Below are positions 1 to 13,115 of a DNA stretch of 64,000 nucleotides, piece by piece. Position 1 is the first letter of the stretch. Every line of letters begins with the position of its first letter. Location: the NCBI GenBank assembly GCA_030324005.1, contig JARDVH010000025.1, forward strand, positions 95,461,672 through 95,525,671. Reading direction: 5' to 3'. Under the pieces are notes generated by a model. It saw only the letters and a program-made list of their open reading frames with translations. It had not been told where the DNA came from and made no database searches. The translations under genes were made by a program, and so were the position numbers. The DNA comes from Negaprion brevirostris (Eukaryota).

Positions 1-2980
1 CCAGAAAAGTTGTGAGTCACGATTCGAGAATCACGGCCATGGTTTTAAGGAGACAAGGTCTGTGAATTGAATATCCAAGGGAACTCAGCATTTCAGAAAG
101 ATAGATTGAAAGGAAAAGGAGGTGGTGTAGCTTTGCTGGTGAAGAAAGGGATCAGTGCTGTAACAAGAAATGATGTAAGCACGGGAGATCAAGAAGGGGA
201 ATCCAGTCTGGGTAGAAGTAAAAAATGGCAAAGGGAGAAGTACTTGGTAGGAGTTATCTATAGATCCCAAGAAATAGTTCTGCAGTGGAGCACAGTATAA
301 ACCAGTACACAGTGGGGCACAGTATAAACCAGGAAATACTGGGGGCTTGCAAGAAATGTACAGTAATAATCATGGATGATTTTAATATGCACATAGATTG
401 GAAACATCAAATTGGCAAAGGTAGCCAGGAGGCAGAGTTCATTGAATGTATTAAAGATTGTTTCTGGAAATGACAGGTTACGAAACCAACCAGGGAGAAA
501 GCTACTCTGGATTTGGTGTTATGTAATTAGGAGGGGTTAATTGTTGACTTCATAGTTTATGATCCAGTAGGGAGTAGTGACTATTGTATGATAGAATTCA
601 AAATTCAGTTTGGGGGCGAGAAAATGGAGAGCCACACTAGCGTTCTGGAATTAAACAAGAGAAATTACATAGCACAAAGACAGATTTGGGCCAAGTAGAG
701 TGGACAGGAGGTAGGATAGCGGATCAGCAGAGGCAGTTGTTTAAGGAGATACACAATTCCTCACAACTATAATATATCCCAGCGAGGAAGAAAAATACCA
801 AGGGAGGTAAAAGCATCCATGGCTAAACAAGGAGGTCAAGGACAATATAAAGACAAAAACTAAGATATAGCATATTGCATAGACCAGTGGCAGGCTAAAA
901 GACTGAGAAACTTGCAAACATAAACAAAGGGATACTAAAAATGTGATAAAAAGAGCTAAGGTAAATTATGAAAGAAAACTAGCGCAAAATATCAAAGAAG
1001 GATAGCAAAAGCTTCTATGAGGATACAAAAGGGAAAGAGCTGCAAAGGTGAATGTTGATCCCATGGAAGAGGAAACTGGAGAGTTNNNNNNNNNNNNNNN
1101 NNNNNNNNNNNNNNNNNNNNNNNNNNNNNNNNNNNNNNNNNNNNNNNNNNNNNNNNNNNNNNNNNNNNNNNNNNNNNNNNNNNNNTCCCATGGAAGAGGA
1201 AACTGGAGAGTTAATAGTGGGGAACACTGAAATTGCAGAGATGCTAAATCAAGACTTTGCCTCAGTTTTCACTGTACTCTAGTACCATTCTGATAGAAAT
1301 GGGCAAGTCAGAGGTAATAGAAAGGGTAGAACTTAGATTGATCAACATCAATAGGGAAAAGGTACTCAACAAACTATTGGGATTCAGGGCATGGAAGTCC
1401 CCCAGCCTTGTTGGCCTACATCCTAGGGTATTAAAGGAAGTGGCAGTGGAGATAGTGAATCCATTGGTTATAATATTCCAAAATTCCCTGGACACAGGAA
1501 AGGAAAAATGCTAATGTAATACCCTTATTCAAAAAGGAAGGGAGGCTAAATGTGGGAAATTATAGACCAGTTAGTTTAACACTTATTGCTGGGAAAGTTT
1601 TAGAATCAATTATCAAGGAAGCAATATGAGGACATGTGGAAAGTTAAAACGTGATCCATCAGAGTCAGCATGGTTTTATGAAGGGAGAAAGCTACTCTGG
1701 ATTTGGTATTATGTAATTAGGAAGGGCTAATTGATGACCAAATAATGCTTGACTAATTTGCTAGAGTTCTTCGAAGATGTAACAAGCAAAGTGGATGATG
1801 GGAATTCGGTAGATGTAATATATCTAGACTTTTGGGAGGCATTTGATAAGGTGCCACACAAAAGATAAATTCACAAGGTTAGATCACATGGGATTAAGGA
1901 TAATTTATTAACTTGGATAGGTGACTGGCTGATGGACAGAAGATAGAGTCAGGATAAATGGATATTTTTTCTGGATGGCAAATAGTTACTAGTAACAAAT
2001 AGTGGGGTGCCACAAGGTTCAATCCTTGTGCCCCAGCTATTTACCATCTATATTAACAACTTGGAATAGAAGGCATAGAAGGCTCTATATCAAATTTGCA
2101 CATGACACATAAGATAGGCTGGACAGTCAGTTGCAATGAGGAAATAAGAACTTTACAAATGGATATAGATGGGTTAGGAGAATGGGCCAAAATGTGGCAG
2201 GTGGAGTTTAACATGGATAAGTATGAGGTTGTGCATTTTGGTCGGTCTAAATGGGGAGCAACTTCAGGTTTTAGTGCTCCAGTGTAGAGGGATCTGGGTG
2301 TTCTCATTCATGAGTCACAGAAAACTAACATGCAGGTACAGCAGATAACAAAGAAAGTGAATGGATTGTTGGCATTTATAGCTAAAAAAAAGAATATAAA
2401 GGTAAGGCAACTATACAAGGCATTGATGAGACCACACCTGGAGTACTGTGCACAGTTTTGGTCTCCTTATTTGAGGAAAAATGTAGTGGCGTTGGAGGCA
2501 GTTTAGGGGAGGTTCATTAAATTGATTCCTGAGGTGAGGGGTTTGTTGTATGAAGAAAAATTGAACAGTTTCAGCCTGAACTCTCTGGAATTTAGAAGAA
2601 TGAGGGGAGGTCAAATTGATGTAAGATGATAAAAGGTATGGATAAGGTAGACATGGAGTGGATGATTCGTCTCGTGGGACATTCTAGGAAGAGAGGCCTA
2701 GTCTTAGGAAAGTAGATAGCAAATTTAAAACAGAGTTGAGGACACACTGCTTCTCCCAAAGGGTTGTGAATCTGTGGAATTCCCCACGCCCAAGTGTGGT
2801 GGATGCTGGGACAGTAAGTAAATTTAAGGAGGAGTTAGACAGATTTTTAACTGGTAATGGGTTGAAGGATCATGTGGAGAAGCAGGGAAAAGGGGGTGAC
2901 GAGCATCTCAGCCATGGTCGAATGGTGGAGCAGACTCGATGAGCCGAATGGCCTAATTCTGCTCCTATATCTTACGAACC
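1..2980 (+). mobile_element. Degenerate CR1 LINE ORF2 (APE endonuclease + RT) with 3' end
   Basis: Fragments KGGGVALLVK, VGVIYR, IIMDDFN, PRVLKEVAVEI, YRPVSLT, QHGF, SGVPQGS, FSQRVVNLWNS. Many stops and frameshifts. CR1-type 3' UTR near 2900-2980. Confidence 0.9.
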
Positions 2981-4380
2981 CATGCATCATCCTGACTTGA
3001 AATTTCATCATATTCCTTCACTGTCACTGGGTTAAAACCCTGGAATTCCCTTCCTATGAGCATGTGGGTATACATACACCTGCTGAACAGCAGCAATTCA
3101 AGAAGGCAGCTCACCACCACCTTCTCAAGGGAAATTAGGGATGGGCAATAAATGCTGGCTGGCCAATGATACCCACATTCACTGGCAGAATAAAAAAAAA
3201 GGAAAAGCGCAATGAGAGTGAGCTGTCATTCAGAATGATTATAAGTGCAATCAGATTTCACACCACTATGCAAACCTTGTTTAAGATTTGCAGTGATCCA
3301 GTTGTGTAAAATTTTATTGGTGTCTGGGCATGTAATGGGGGCAGGAAATAGCATCTTGCAGCAGCTTGAAGGAGCTACAACACAAATGTGCCTAAGAATA
3401 TTCTCCTTTCAAAAATGTTCATTCCAAGGGCATGGAGCTGTCGCTTTCTGGATTCCAGTCAACGCCGATGAGAAAGCTTTGTGCTACTTACACCCCAACC
3501 TTCACCTGGAAGTATTCCTTAACTCACACCTATTCATTTCTGAGATGACTTGAATTGAATATATTTCTTAGGTCTTTTGAAATACAGTAAGCAACGTATT
3601 TGAGGTCAACGAGTAATGTTTAGAATAAAAAGGAATCTGGATTTCCTTTAGTGCGTACTCATCATCAAGTTCATTACAAGCTCTACGCTGGCACCTGGAC
3701 TTTACTGTATATCATAGCCACTGAAGCTGACTTTGGACATCTGGGCTTTCCTTTCTGGAACAAAGTAGGCCATTATATCGATCACACATAGTGCTGCACT
3801 GTGCTCCAATACATCGAGCGCCCACTGAAGGTGATTGATGTGAAAAGATGTTTTCCAGATGTTGGAGATAATGGGTGGGAGTTTATAGCCTCGCTCATCC
3901 TGAAACTATAAAATCCAGCCCAAGGTCAATGGACCTTCCGGTTGTCCGACCCTCGACCGCTCCAATTCCCGTGGCAGGCGGGGCAGTAGAATTCCAGTGA
4001 AGGAGTCACCTTCCTTCTTTGTTTTCAACTTTCTGAGTGAATACAAACCAAAAAAAACTTTTGTAACTGTTTTGCTGTTTTTTGTTTTGCTTTCAAATCT
4101 ACTTTGGGATCTTTCCTTCAGCTTGCCTAAACTTTTATCCTTAAAAATTCAAAACAACTAAAAAGGAACATTGTCTACATCAACGGAAACCATTCTGATC
4201 AGGGGTAACAGCATTTTAGATTAAACTCCAATTTCATTCGCAAACTCATTTGTATTTTTCTCAACCTGATTTTTCAACCTCTGATGTTTTCTACTTAACT
4301 TCTGTTAAGTAGAAGTCTACTTAGCAAAGTCTTTTGTTTCTGAGAGACTCAAGTCTTTTGTTGTGCTTGGAACTCAAGGC

Positions 4381-4948
4381 TGACACAGAAACCACAAGAA
4401 CCAATTTATATAAACTAAGTAGCAGTTTTGATTGAGTGATATTCATTAAGCAAATTAATGAATCTACACATTCCAATAGCTAAGTTTGGCTAAAACAAAA
4501 AATTACCCTCAAATGATCCATTTTAGATCTGACATTCTAATCTGACAAGGATCGCTCTTGTTCGTTGCTTGGGTCTCTCCTATACGCTTTTTCACTTCTG
4601 ATATCACACCCTCTGCTCTGGAAGTCTCCCCGTGCTTTGTTCCTTCTAATACCCGAACTGTTGACACTCATGGGTGGCAGCGGGTATGTGATCAGCCCCT
4701 CATTGGTTAACTTTAACTGTTGTTATGGTGGCAGAGGCTTCATCCACAGACAGATCTTGTGATCAAACTGTCCCCAACCAATGCTATTTGCAGTTGAAAC
4801 TGTCCCAGTGCGATTTCCCACCCTCTCAGACTACCAGCCTCTCTGGAAATTAACAATTCTTCTGTTAATTACATTCCCCTTAGTTTCAATATCACACTGT
4901 TTAGCAGACCATCAATTGTCCCATTACGCACATAGATTTGGTGTCACA
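4381..4948 (-). mobile_element. Possible solo LTR (reverse orientation)
   Basis: Ends tgacac...gtgtcaca form short inverted termini; LTR-like internal composition. No target-site duplication (TSD) confirmed. Confidence 0.3.
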
Positions 4949-7059
4949 GAGTTCGTGATGTACACACTTCTTGCAAAAAACGTACAGCTTCTAATTTTTT
5001 TATTGTCCTTACAGCAACCTAATTTGGAAAAAAAGTCATTAAATTCACACATCTTAAAATGTAATTCAAGTTTTGTCCCAATTCTAGATGCACAATCTTT
5101 ATAGAAAATAACCAGGATCCACAATCACTTTTACACTTGCATAACTTTTGTATTTAGTTATGAAATCAAAATGTCAAAATGTTTTGTGATACTTGCAAGT
5201 CTTGGTTCTCCCTAAAAGATTTTAAGTGCTGAATTCATGCAAAAACTGGTGTGTAAATCCCGCTGCTTTTTGTCAGCAGGCTTTTCAAAATGAACCTCCT
5301 CCACTTTGTGCATCACAGAGCTCACAATTCTGTTAGAAATGAGTAGCGGGGTCTAATCCTGCTGGAGAGGCTAGCAGCATAGTGCTGAGTGGGCCACTGC
5401 GCATGTGCCAATCTGAGAGCACCAAGATTGACACATGTGCCCATACTGCCAGCCTTCCAATCACTGGCCAGCTTCGCGACTCTGAATCACTGCCCCTCTG
5501 ACTCTCCCCACGGTCTGATCGCTGGACATGTCCAGGCCAACCTCAACACACCCCTTCCCCTCCCACCAGCAGTTCCAATCTCCCTGAGCCCNNNNNNNNN
5601 NNNNNNNNNNNNNNNNNNNNNNNNNNNNNNNNNNNNNNNNNNNNNNNNNNNNNNNNNNNNNNNNNNNNNNNNNNNNNNNNNNNNNNNNNNNNNNNNNNNN
5701 NNNNNNNNNNNNNNNNNNNNNNNNNNNNNNNNNNNNNNNNNNNNNNNNNNNNNNNNNNNNNNNNNNNNNNNNNNNNNNNNNNNNNNNNNNNNNNNNNNNN
5801 NNNNNNNNNNNNNNNNNNNNNNNNNNNNNNNNNNNNNNNNNNNNNNNNNNNNNNNNNNNNNNNNNNNNNNNNNNNNNNNNNNNNNNNNNNNNNNNNNNNN
5901 NNNNNNNNNNNNNNNNNNNNNNNNNNNNNNNNNNNNNNNNNNNNNNNNNNNNNNNNNNNNNNNNNNNNNNNNNNNNNNNNNNNNNNNNNNNNNNNNNNNN
6001 NNNNNNNNNNNNNNNNNNNNNNNNNNNNNNNNNNNNNNNNNNNNNNNNNNNNNNNNNNNNNNNNNNNNNNNNNNNNNNNNNNNNNNNNNNNNNNNNNNNN
6101 NNNNNNNNNNNNNNNNNGCCCCCTCGGGCACCCCTTCACTCCAGCGGGGTTAGGCCACCAGTTACCTACTAGTGGGGAGTTGCATGAAATATTCTGAGGG
6201 GGGGGAAGAGTCCTGAGTCCATTAATGATATTAAAATTAGATTTTAAATATTTAAATCACTCAACACCGATTTCTGGCACAGAGCTGACAAAGCCCGGAA
6301 GTCTGGCAACCAGAGACGCATGGAGGAGAATTGTCCCCCCATAGTATTTTAATTGATTCTAAAATAAAACATGATTCAAGTTTATCAGAGGATGAGTAAC
6401 AAACTCTTGTCTCCAACACTGAAGGGAATATTACAAAGAGTTTTAGTTGTGCAGTGAAGTGTTTATGGCAACAGCACATAATTGTTTTTAAAAGTAGAAA
6501 ATAAATGCTGTAGTCTCTTAATCATTTAGTCTGGAAATTTTTCACAAATTCACAAAGCATTACATAAAATGAACATCCTTTAAGTTTACTCACACCCAAT
6601 GATCTTCACTTGCTAGTTTTCTCAGCACAATAGCTATCAGCTTCAATGATGATTTCAATTTTAAGTCTATTTTGCCTTATCCTCACTCAAGTCAATTATG
6701 CTGTCTCATTTAAATGGGTGCCTCATTTAAACTTGCCGAGGGTAACTTGAACCTGGACCCAATTATTTGCTTTCCTGTTTGAGTCCTCTTCCAAACACAT
6801 AATCAATTAGAAAATGCTCACCTCTTCCATTTGCTGCCAAGAAAGCGCAATTGGAGTCAGAGGCCACAAGAAAAATCTTTTGCAAATGTCAAACAACAAT
6901 CGCTGTCAACAAATATATTTGCCCATTGTGACCCCCAAGACCACTCAATGTAACCTGCAATGTCTCCCCTTACAAGATAGGATGGGACAGGATGTCCAGT
7001 TGCGTGTGTATCACAAACCCTGGCGGATGCAGAGATGAAGTACACCCAGATCAAAAAGA

Positions 7060-9161
7060 AGGTTTGACCATGATGTTTACGGTAAAAAGAATTCCTTTCA
7101 CCATAACAACTGACCACAAACATCTGTTGGGTCTCTTCAAAGAAGACAAGCTGATTCCCCCCATCCCATCCGCCCAGAACCAACACTGAGCAATACCAAT
7201 AGGTCCCTATGAATATGCCTTAGAACATCATCTTAGGAGGCATATAGCCAACACCTTGAGCCACCTGCTGCTAGCCACCAGCCTACCTTCTCCTCTGAAG
7301 ATGGATGAAGTCATCATGACTCTGAACTTCCTGGCCTCTCTGCCAGTATCCACCAAACAAATCCAGACATGGACCCAACATCACATAGTCCTAAATGATG
7401 ATTCACAAGGGCATCCTACGGAGGANNNNNNNNNNNNNNNNNCGGAGGATTTGAACACTTCTCTCTTTCAGGGGTTGAGTATGGAAGATGGCACCATCTT
7501 GTGGGGGATCCAGGTGGTTGCCCTGCATCCAGGTCAGTGACCAATACTTCATGAATTGCATAAAGGCCACCCAGGAATTTCTACAATGAAAATACTCGCA
7601 CGGAGCTATGTCTGGTATCCCGAATGTACAGTGCTACTGAAAACCTGGTCAAGTGGTGCAAAACTAGCTAGGGAAATGCTAAGGTCCCACCAGTAGCATT
7701 GTTGCACCCTTAGGAGACCCTGTGTGTGTGTACACAAAGACTTTGCAGGGCCTTTTATGGGCTCCATGTTTTTAATTCTCATTGACACACATTCAAAATG
7801 GATCAATGTGCATCGGATGGCCTTTTATAATGCCATAGAGAAATTCCATCAATCTTTTAGTACACATGGTATACCTGAGATCCTCATGACAGACAACAAG
7901 ACCCCATTTACCAGCAGGGAGTTTCAGAACTTAATGGGTATACATCCACTTGGCAGCCTACCACCCACTCTCAAATGCCGGGCTGAGTGGACAGTCCAGA
8001 GATTCAAAAGTGGCATGAAGAAACAAACCACAGGTTGCCTAGAACAAAGCTGACACATTTTCTTTTTAACGATAAGACTATGCGAACAATAATAGTCCCA
8101 CCATGTTAGAATGTAACCAGTGACAAACGTCTATTGGATGTAATGTGACCAATAGGAACAAGATGTAAGGGTCAGCTGACTCAGTTAAACTGGAATCAAT
8201 CACAGAGTGATGTAATAGTCAGCTGACCAGCTGATTCACTATAAATAAGGTACTATGTAGAATTGTGGGAAGCTTGGATTTGCCTAGGGTGAGGCCCCAA
8301 GTTTGGAGTAATGATGTTTCTTTATTAAACCCTTTCTTTGATTTAAAAGTTGGAGTAAGCTTTGTGTTGTTTCGTTAGCTGCATTTCGAAGAGTTCCTTC
8401 TGGAGAAGCACACCAGAGCAACTGATGGACCAATGCCTTCAGTCTAGGTTTAGCCTGATGTTCCCAGCAATGTCAAGATAAAACAAGAAGCCCTGAAAAG
8501 GGGCCATGATGGTTAAACAGTGGAGAGCGACTTCAAACCAGGAGATACAGNNNNNNNNNNNNNNNNNNNNNNNNNNNNNNNNNNNNNNNNNNNNNNNNNN
8601 NNNNNNNNNNNNNNNNNNNNNNNNNNNNNNNNNNNNNNNNNNNNNNNNNNNNNNNNNNNNNNNNNNNNNNNNNNNNNNNNNNNNNNNNNNNNNNNNNNNN
8701 NNNNNNNNNNNNNNNNNNNNNNNNNNNNNNNNNNNNNNNNNNNNNNNNNNNNNNNNNNNNNNNNNNNNNNNNNNNNNNNNNNNNNNNNNNNNNNNATCAT
8801 GCAAGCGATGAAGGCCATGGGCAAAGGGATGAAGAAGGCCCCCTTGTTGTAAGAGTGAGGATGAACCATTGGACTCGAGAGAGTATGGAAGAAGGTGTGA
8901 TAACCCCTGCAAGGTCCATGGAGAATCACTGATGGATCTCCTTTTGGGCTTGTTGAGCATGGGTTCCCTGGTAACAGACAGTGGCCTGCCCAGCCCAGCT
9001 GGAACTTATTACCTGAGCCTTTTATAAGGCAGGCCATGGACTGGACCTGCTGAATGATAGTCCCAGGTAGAGACTATTGTGTGTACACCACAGTAGTGGT
9101 TTTACTTTGCATTCTGTAATAAACTATGTTCCTTTCCAGTCGGGCTTCCTGGGTCATTACT
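7060..9161 (+). mobile_element. Ty3/Gypsy LTR retrotransposon remnant (RNase H-integrase + 3' LTR 8896-9161)
   Basis: FTITTDHKHLLGLF (RNase H), LHELHKGHPG...ARSYVW (integrase HHCC region), DFAGPFMGSMFLILIDTHSKW...THGIPEILMTDN (integrase core). Purine tract before tgtgataaccc at 8896, AATAAA at 9118, inverted end gggtcattac. Confidence 0.85.
8104..8410 (+). mobile_element. Solo LTR inserted into the Gypsy integrase
   Basis: TG...CA termini with a 5-bp target-site duplication CACCA (8099-8103 / 8411-8415). TATAAATAA at about 8240, ATTAAA at about 8324. Confidence 0.8.
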
Positions 9162-9899
9162 GAATATTTATAAGCTTATTCTTCTCGCTGCACAGATGAC
9201 CCATAAATTGGTGGAAAATTGGCTGATGATAGTTATTAGTAAGAATCAATTCCAGTACTTGTGGTACTGGAAATCATCACTGGAGATGGGAAAATCTCTT
9301 GTTACATCAGTCCAAGATAAATTTACTCAAAATGGAATTAATAATTGATTAAAGTTTAATTATTAAGAATTTTTTGATTACAATTGCTCTCTTAGTTAAT
9401 ACTGATGACGTTCTTCGCTCCAAAGTCAATTTTCACTTGGCACAGTACCACTGAGTGGGTTTTAGTTAACTACCAGCAGAATTGAATTCCAGACATTCAT
9501 TTAAGATGATCATTCCCTTGTACAAATTTTCTGAGCGCTTGTGAATCTTTCAGCTGCTTTGTAGAACACATTTTTGAAGCTTTCATTATTGGTTGCGCAA
9601 TGGCCTTCTGAAGTTAAAATTTAACCAGTTGTACATGAACAAAAACTTAGGCCATGAAATTCCTTGGTCCAGGATGGGACCTGGTACTGCTGGGTTACCA
9701 TCACTTTTCTTGGCTCAATGAATAATTAGAATGAGGAATAGTGCACTTATGTAGCACTTTTCACAACCTCAGAACACTTCACAGACAATAAAGTAACTTT
9801 TGAATAAAAATAATAAATAACTTTGATAAATGTTAAACTTTATTGGGCTTGGTCTATGTTTTAGTGAGAGGAAGTTTTGCTTCACTGTCATATGGCTTT

Positions 9900-10335
9900 G
9901 ATAAGATCTGTGCATGGTTTTGGTCTCCTTGCCTTAAGAAGAATATATATGTCTTACAGGGGTGTAATGATGGTTCACTACATTGAAGAGAGTATGGTCT
10001 GACAGAACTAAACAGGTTAGATGCAACTGCAATGTTCCCAATGGTTGAGGTGTCCAGAACCAGGCATCACAGTCTGAGGATACAGGGGAAACCATGTAGG
10101 ACATAGATGAAGATAAATTTCTTCACCTAGAGAGTGGTCAGCCTGTGAAATTTGCTATCATAGCAATGTAGTTGAGGCCAAAATGTTTTCAAGAAGCAAT
10201 TAGGTATATAGCGTTTGCGGCGAATGGATATGAGGGCAAGGCTACTGAGTTGGGTGATCAGCCAATGATCGTAATGAATGGCAGAGCTGTCTTGAAGGGC
10301 CAAATGGCCTCCTCCTCCTCTCTATGATTCTATGA
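9900..10335 (+). mobile_element. CR1 3' fragment
   Basis: Degenerate C-terminal ORF2 and typical 3' UTR (gaagggccaaatggcct...ctatgattctatg). Confidence 0.75.
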
Positions 10336-10371
10336 GATTGTGTAGAATGATCCTCTATATTCTTTGGGTTT

Positions 10372-10722
10372 CATAGAACAGAATCATAGAGCCTTACAGT
10401 GTAGAAAGAGGCCCTTTGGCCCATCGAGTCTGCACCAACCACAATCCCACCCAGGCTCTACCCCCATATCCCTATGTATTTTACCCATTAATCCCTCTAA
10501 CCTACGCATCTCAGGACACTAAGGGGCAACTTTTTAGCATGGCCAATCAACATAACCCACACATCTTTGGACTATGGGAGGAAACCAGAATACCCAGAGG
10601 AAACCCATGCAGACACAGGAGAATGTGCAAGCTCCACACACACAGTGATCCAAGCTGGGAATCAAACCCAGATCCCAGAAGCTGTGAAACAGCAGTGCTA
10701 ACCACTGTGCTACCGTACCACC
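10372..10722 (-). mobile_element. tRNA-derived SINE (HE1/V-SINE-like)
   Basis: Reverse strand begins ggtggtacggtagcacagtggttagcactgctg (A/B-box head), V-domain-like body, LINE-type tail. Confidence 0.8.
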
Positions 10723-12189
10723 TTTAAGGTTTAGAAGAAGGTAAGTTGATCTCATTGAAAGATTTGATATTCTTTATTGACTGTTTGACATGGTAAAATT
10801 TAATAAAGGCTGCAGTAATGGGAGAGCCCATATTTACCAACCCAGTTTCCAGGAGGTCCAAGGGAGTCTCTAATTAGCACCAGGGTACCTGGCTGTCAGG
10901 GGTATTTAGTTGCTGTATTTCATCAACAGGACTGACATGCTGCTCCCAAGAGCTACCAGCGACTCAGAAGGTAGCACCTCACTATTACCTACAGTGGCAC
11001 TGAGAGTTGGGCCTTCACCAGGGATCATTGTGGGATCGCTGGAGAAAATTAAGTGGAGGCCAGATGAAAGTTAAAGGAGGGCGTTCACCAGAAGGGTGAC
11101 AGCGGGACTGGAATTCAAGTCCAGGTGATGGCCCTCCATTTCTTGATGTGGGAATGCTTTATCGGGCATCATGTTTTTTCCCTCCCCCCTGCTGCGATGA
11201 ACTCATGAGGGTTTGCTTGTTGGTCTCCTGTTGTGACGAGTGCTCAGCCCACCATTGGTTAAATACTTGCATCAGCAAGGTGAACCCTTTAGGGTGATAC
11301 GAATTACCCACCTAAAGACATCTGCAAGGACAAGCCAGCCACAAGTCTTTCTGCCCGGACATAATTAGTGAGAGGTAGTGGGATTCCCATTCCTCACCCT
11401 GATGCTCCATGGAATGGAAACCCTGCTTCAGAGCTTGCCTCTGGTAGGGGCTACAAAATTCTGCCCTAAAACTTGATCCCCCTGGGTGGAGACTCTAGCG
11501 CTAAGGGGCATAGAGTTGAATTTTCCATTGAGACCACAGCATCATGCCCATATTGAGTCAACAACCCACCTCAATTATCAGTGTGCCCATTGGGAGTTAG
11601 TTTGCAAATTGGCTGCCTCTGTGTTTTCCTTCCTGTGAGCAGGTTTCTGCGGTCGGAGATCCAATGAGAGCGCCCACGGCACTAGATGGACAGCAGCTCC
11701 AGAGAGGTGGGTCCTGCAAAAGTGAAGTCACCTCAATACAAAGGAATCTGCAAATAGAGTGACCCAAAGTTACTGGGACATTCAGCGTGAAGGGAGAAGA
11801 TTTGCACAGAAGTGGTTTCTGATGTAGTTGTGGCCTTCCAGTGCCACATTATTGTCATTAAGGCATGGACCTTTGGTTTCAATGGCCCTCAACCTGCTCT
11901 ATTTAATATGTTGCTGGGATCTGCATGCAACAATGCTGGGGGAGACAAGGGAGGGGTTGCTACTCTGATATTGAGAAACTACCATCTCCATTGCAAAAAT
12001 GGCCCTCCATCTGGGAATTTAATTACTTTAACTATCCTCCTCCATGTATTAGCTGGCTAACCCCATTTGTACCACACCCCAGGTAACATGTCCTGGAAAT
12101 GGAAATCCATAGGCTGCTTTCCTCACACTGTTGCTTCACCCATCTTTCCCTCTCTCCCCCTTCCGCTCCCCATGGAGAGGGATACTTCA

Positions 12190-13115
12190 GTCCTTAGTTT
12201 CAGGATAAAGGTTAGCCATTTAGGACTGAGATGAGGAGAAATTTCTTCGCTTTTGGGTTATGAATTTTTAAAATTCTCTATCCTTGGAGTACTGTCAACA
12301 TTCAGTTGTTGAGTATATTCAAGAATCATAATGAATAGATTTTTGGACACTAAGGAAATCATTAGATATAGGAATAGAACAAGATAGTGGGTTGAGGTAG
12401 GAGATCATCAATGATCTTACTGAATGTTAGAACAGGCTTAAGGGGCAATATGACTTATTCCTGCACTGATTTCTTTATTAAGTGGGCTAAAATTGTAAGA
12501 AAGCCAGTTTGTATATAAAGAGTCANNNNNNNNNNNNNNNNNNNNNNNNNNNNNNNNNNNNNNNNNNNNNNNNNNNNNNNNNNNNNNNNNNNNNNNNNNN
12601 NNNNNNNNNNNNNNNNNNNNNNNNNNNNNNNNNNNNNNNNNNNNNNNNNNNNNNNNNNNNNNNNNNNNNNNNNNNNNNNNNNNNNNNNNNNNNNNNNNNN
12701 NNNNNNNNNNNNNNNNNNNNNNNNNNNNNNNNNNNNNNNNNNNNNNNNNNNNNNNNNNNNNNNNNNNNNNNNNNNNNNNNNNNNNNNNNNNNNNNNNNNN
12801 NNNNNNNNNNNNNNNNNNNNNNNNNNNNNNNNNNNNNNNNNNNNNNNNNNNNNNNNNNAAAGGCATAATGGCGACTTGAGGGAAAACTTCTTCATGCAAA
12901 GAATGGTGAGAATCTGGAATGGACTGCCTGATTGTGGCAAAATTAGCTTCAATTGGGGCATTCTACAGCGAATTGGATTATTAGCTGAAAAGGAAGAATG
13001 TGCAGAGCTACGAAGAAAACGGGGAAGATTGGCACTAAGTGAACTGCTCATTCAGAGAGCCATCATTGATACAATGGGTCAAATGGCCTTCTTCTGTACT
13101 GTAACCATTCTATGA
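12190..13115 (+). mobile_element. Two CR1 3' fragments flanking an N gap
   Basis: gaggagaaatttcttc... and ENFFMQRMVRIWNGLP motifs; CR1-like tails at about 12470 and 13115. Confidence 0.65.

Noticed and set aside
1059-1212. Direct repeat tcccatggaagaggaaactggagagtt on both sides of a ~100-N gap (same pattern at 54009-54166)
   Set aside because: Typical unmerged contig overlap, an assembly artefact rather than a biological repeat.
5389-6153. Long ORFs spanning N runs (also 8439-9037, 12438-13051, 36496-36745)
   Set aside because: Open only because of assembly gaps.
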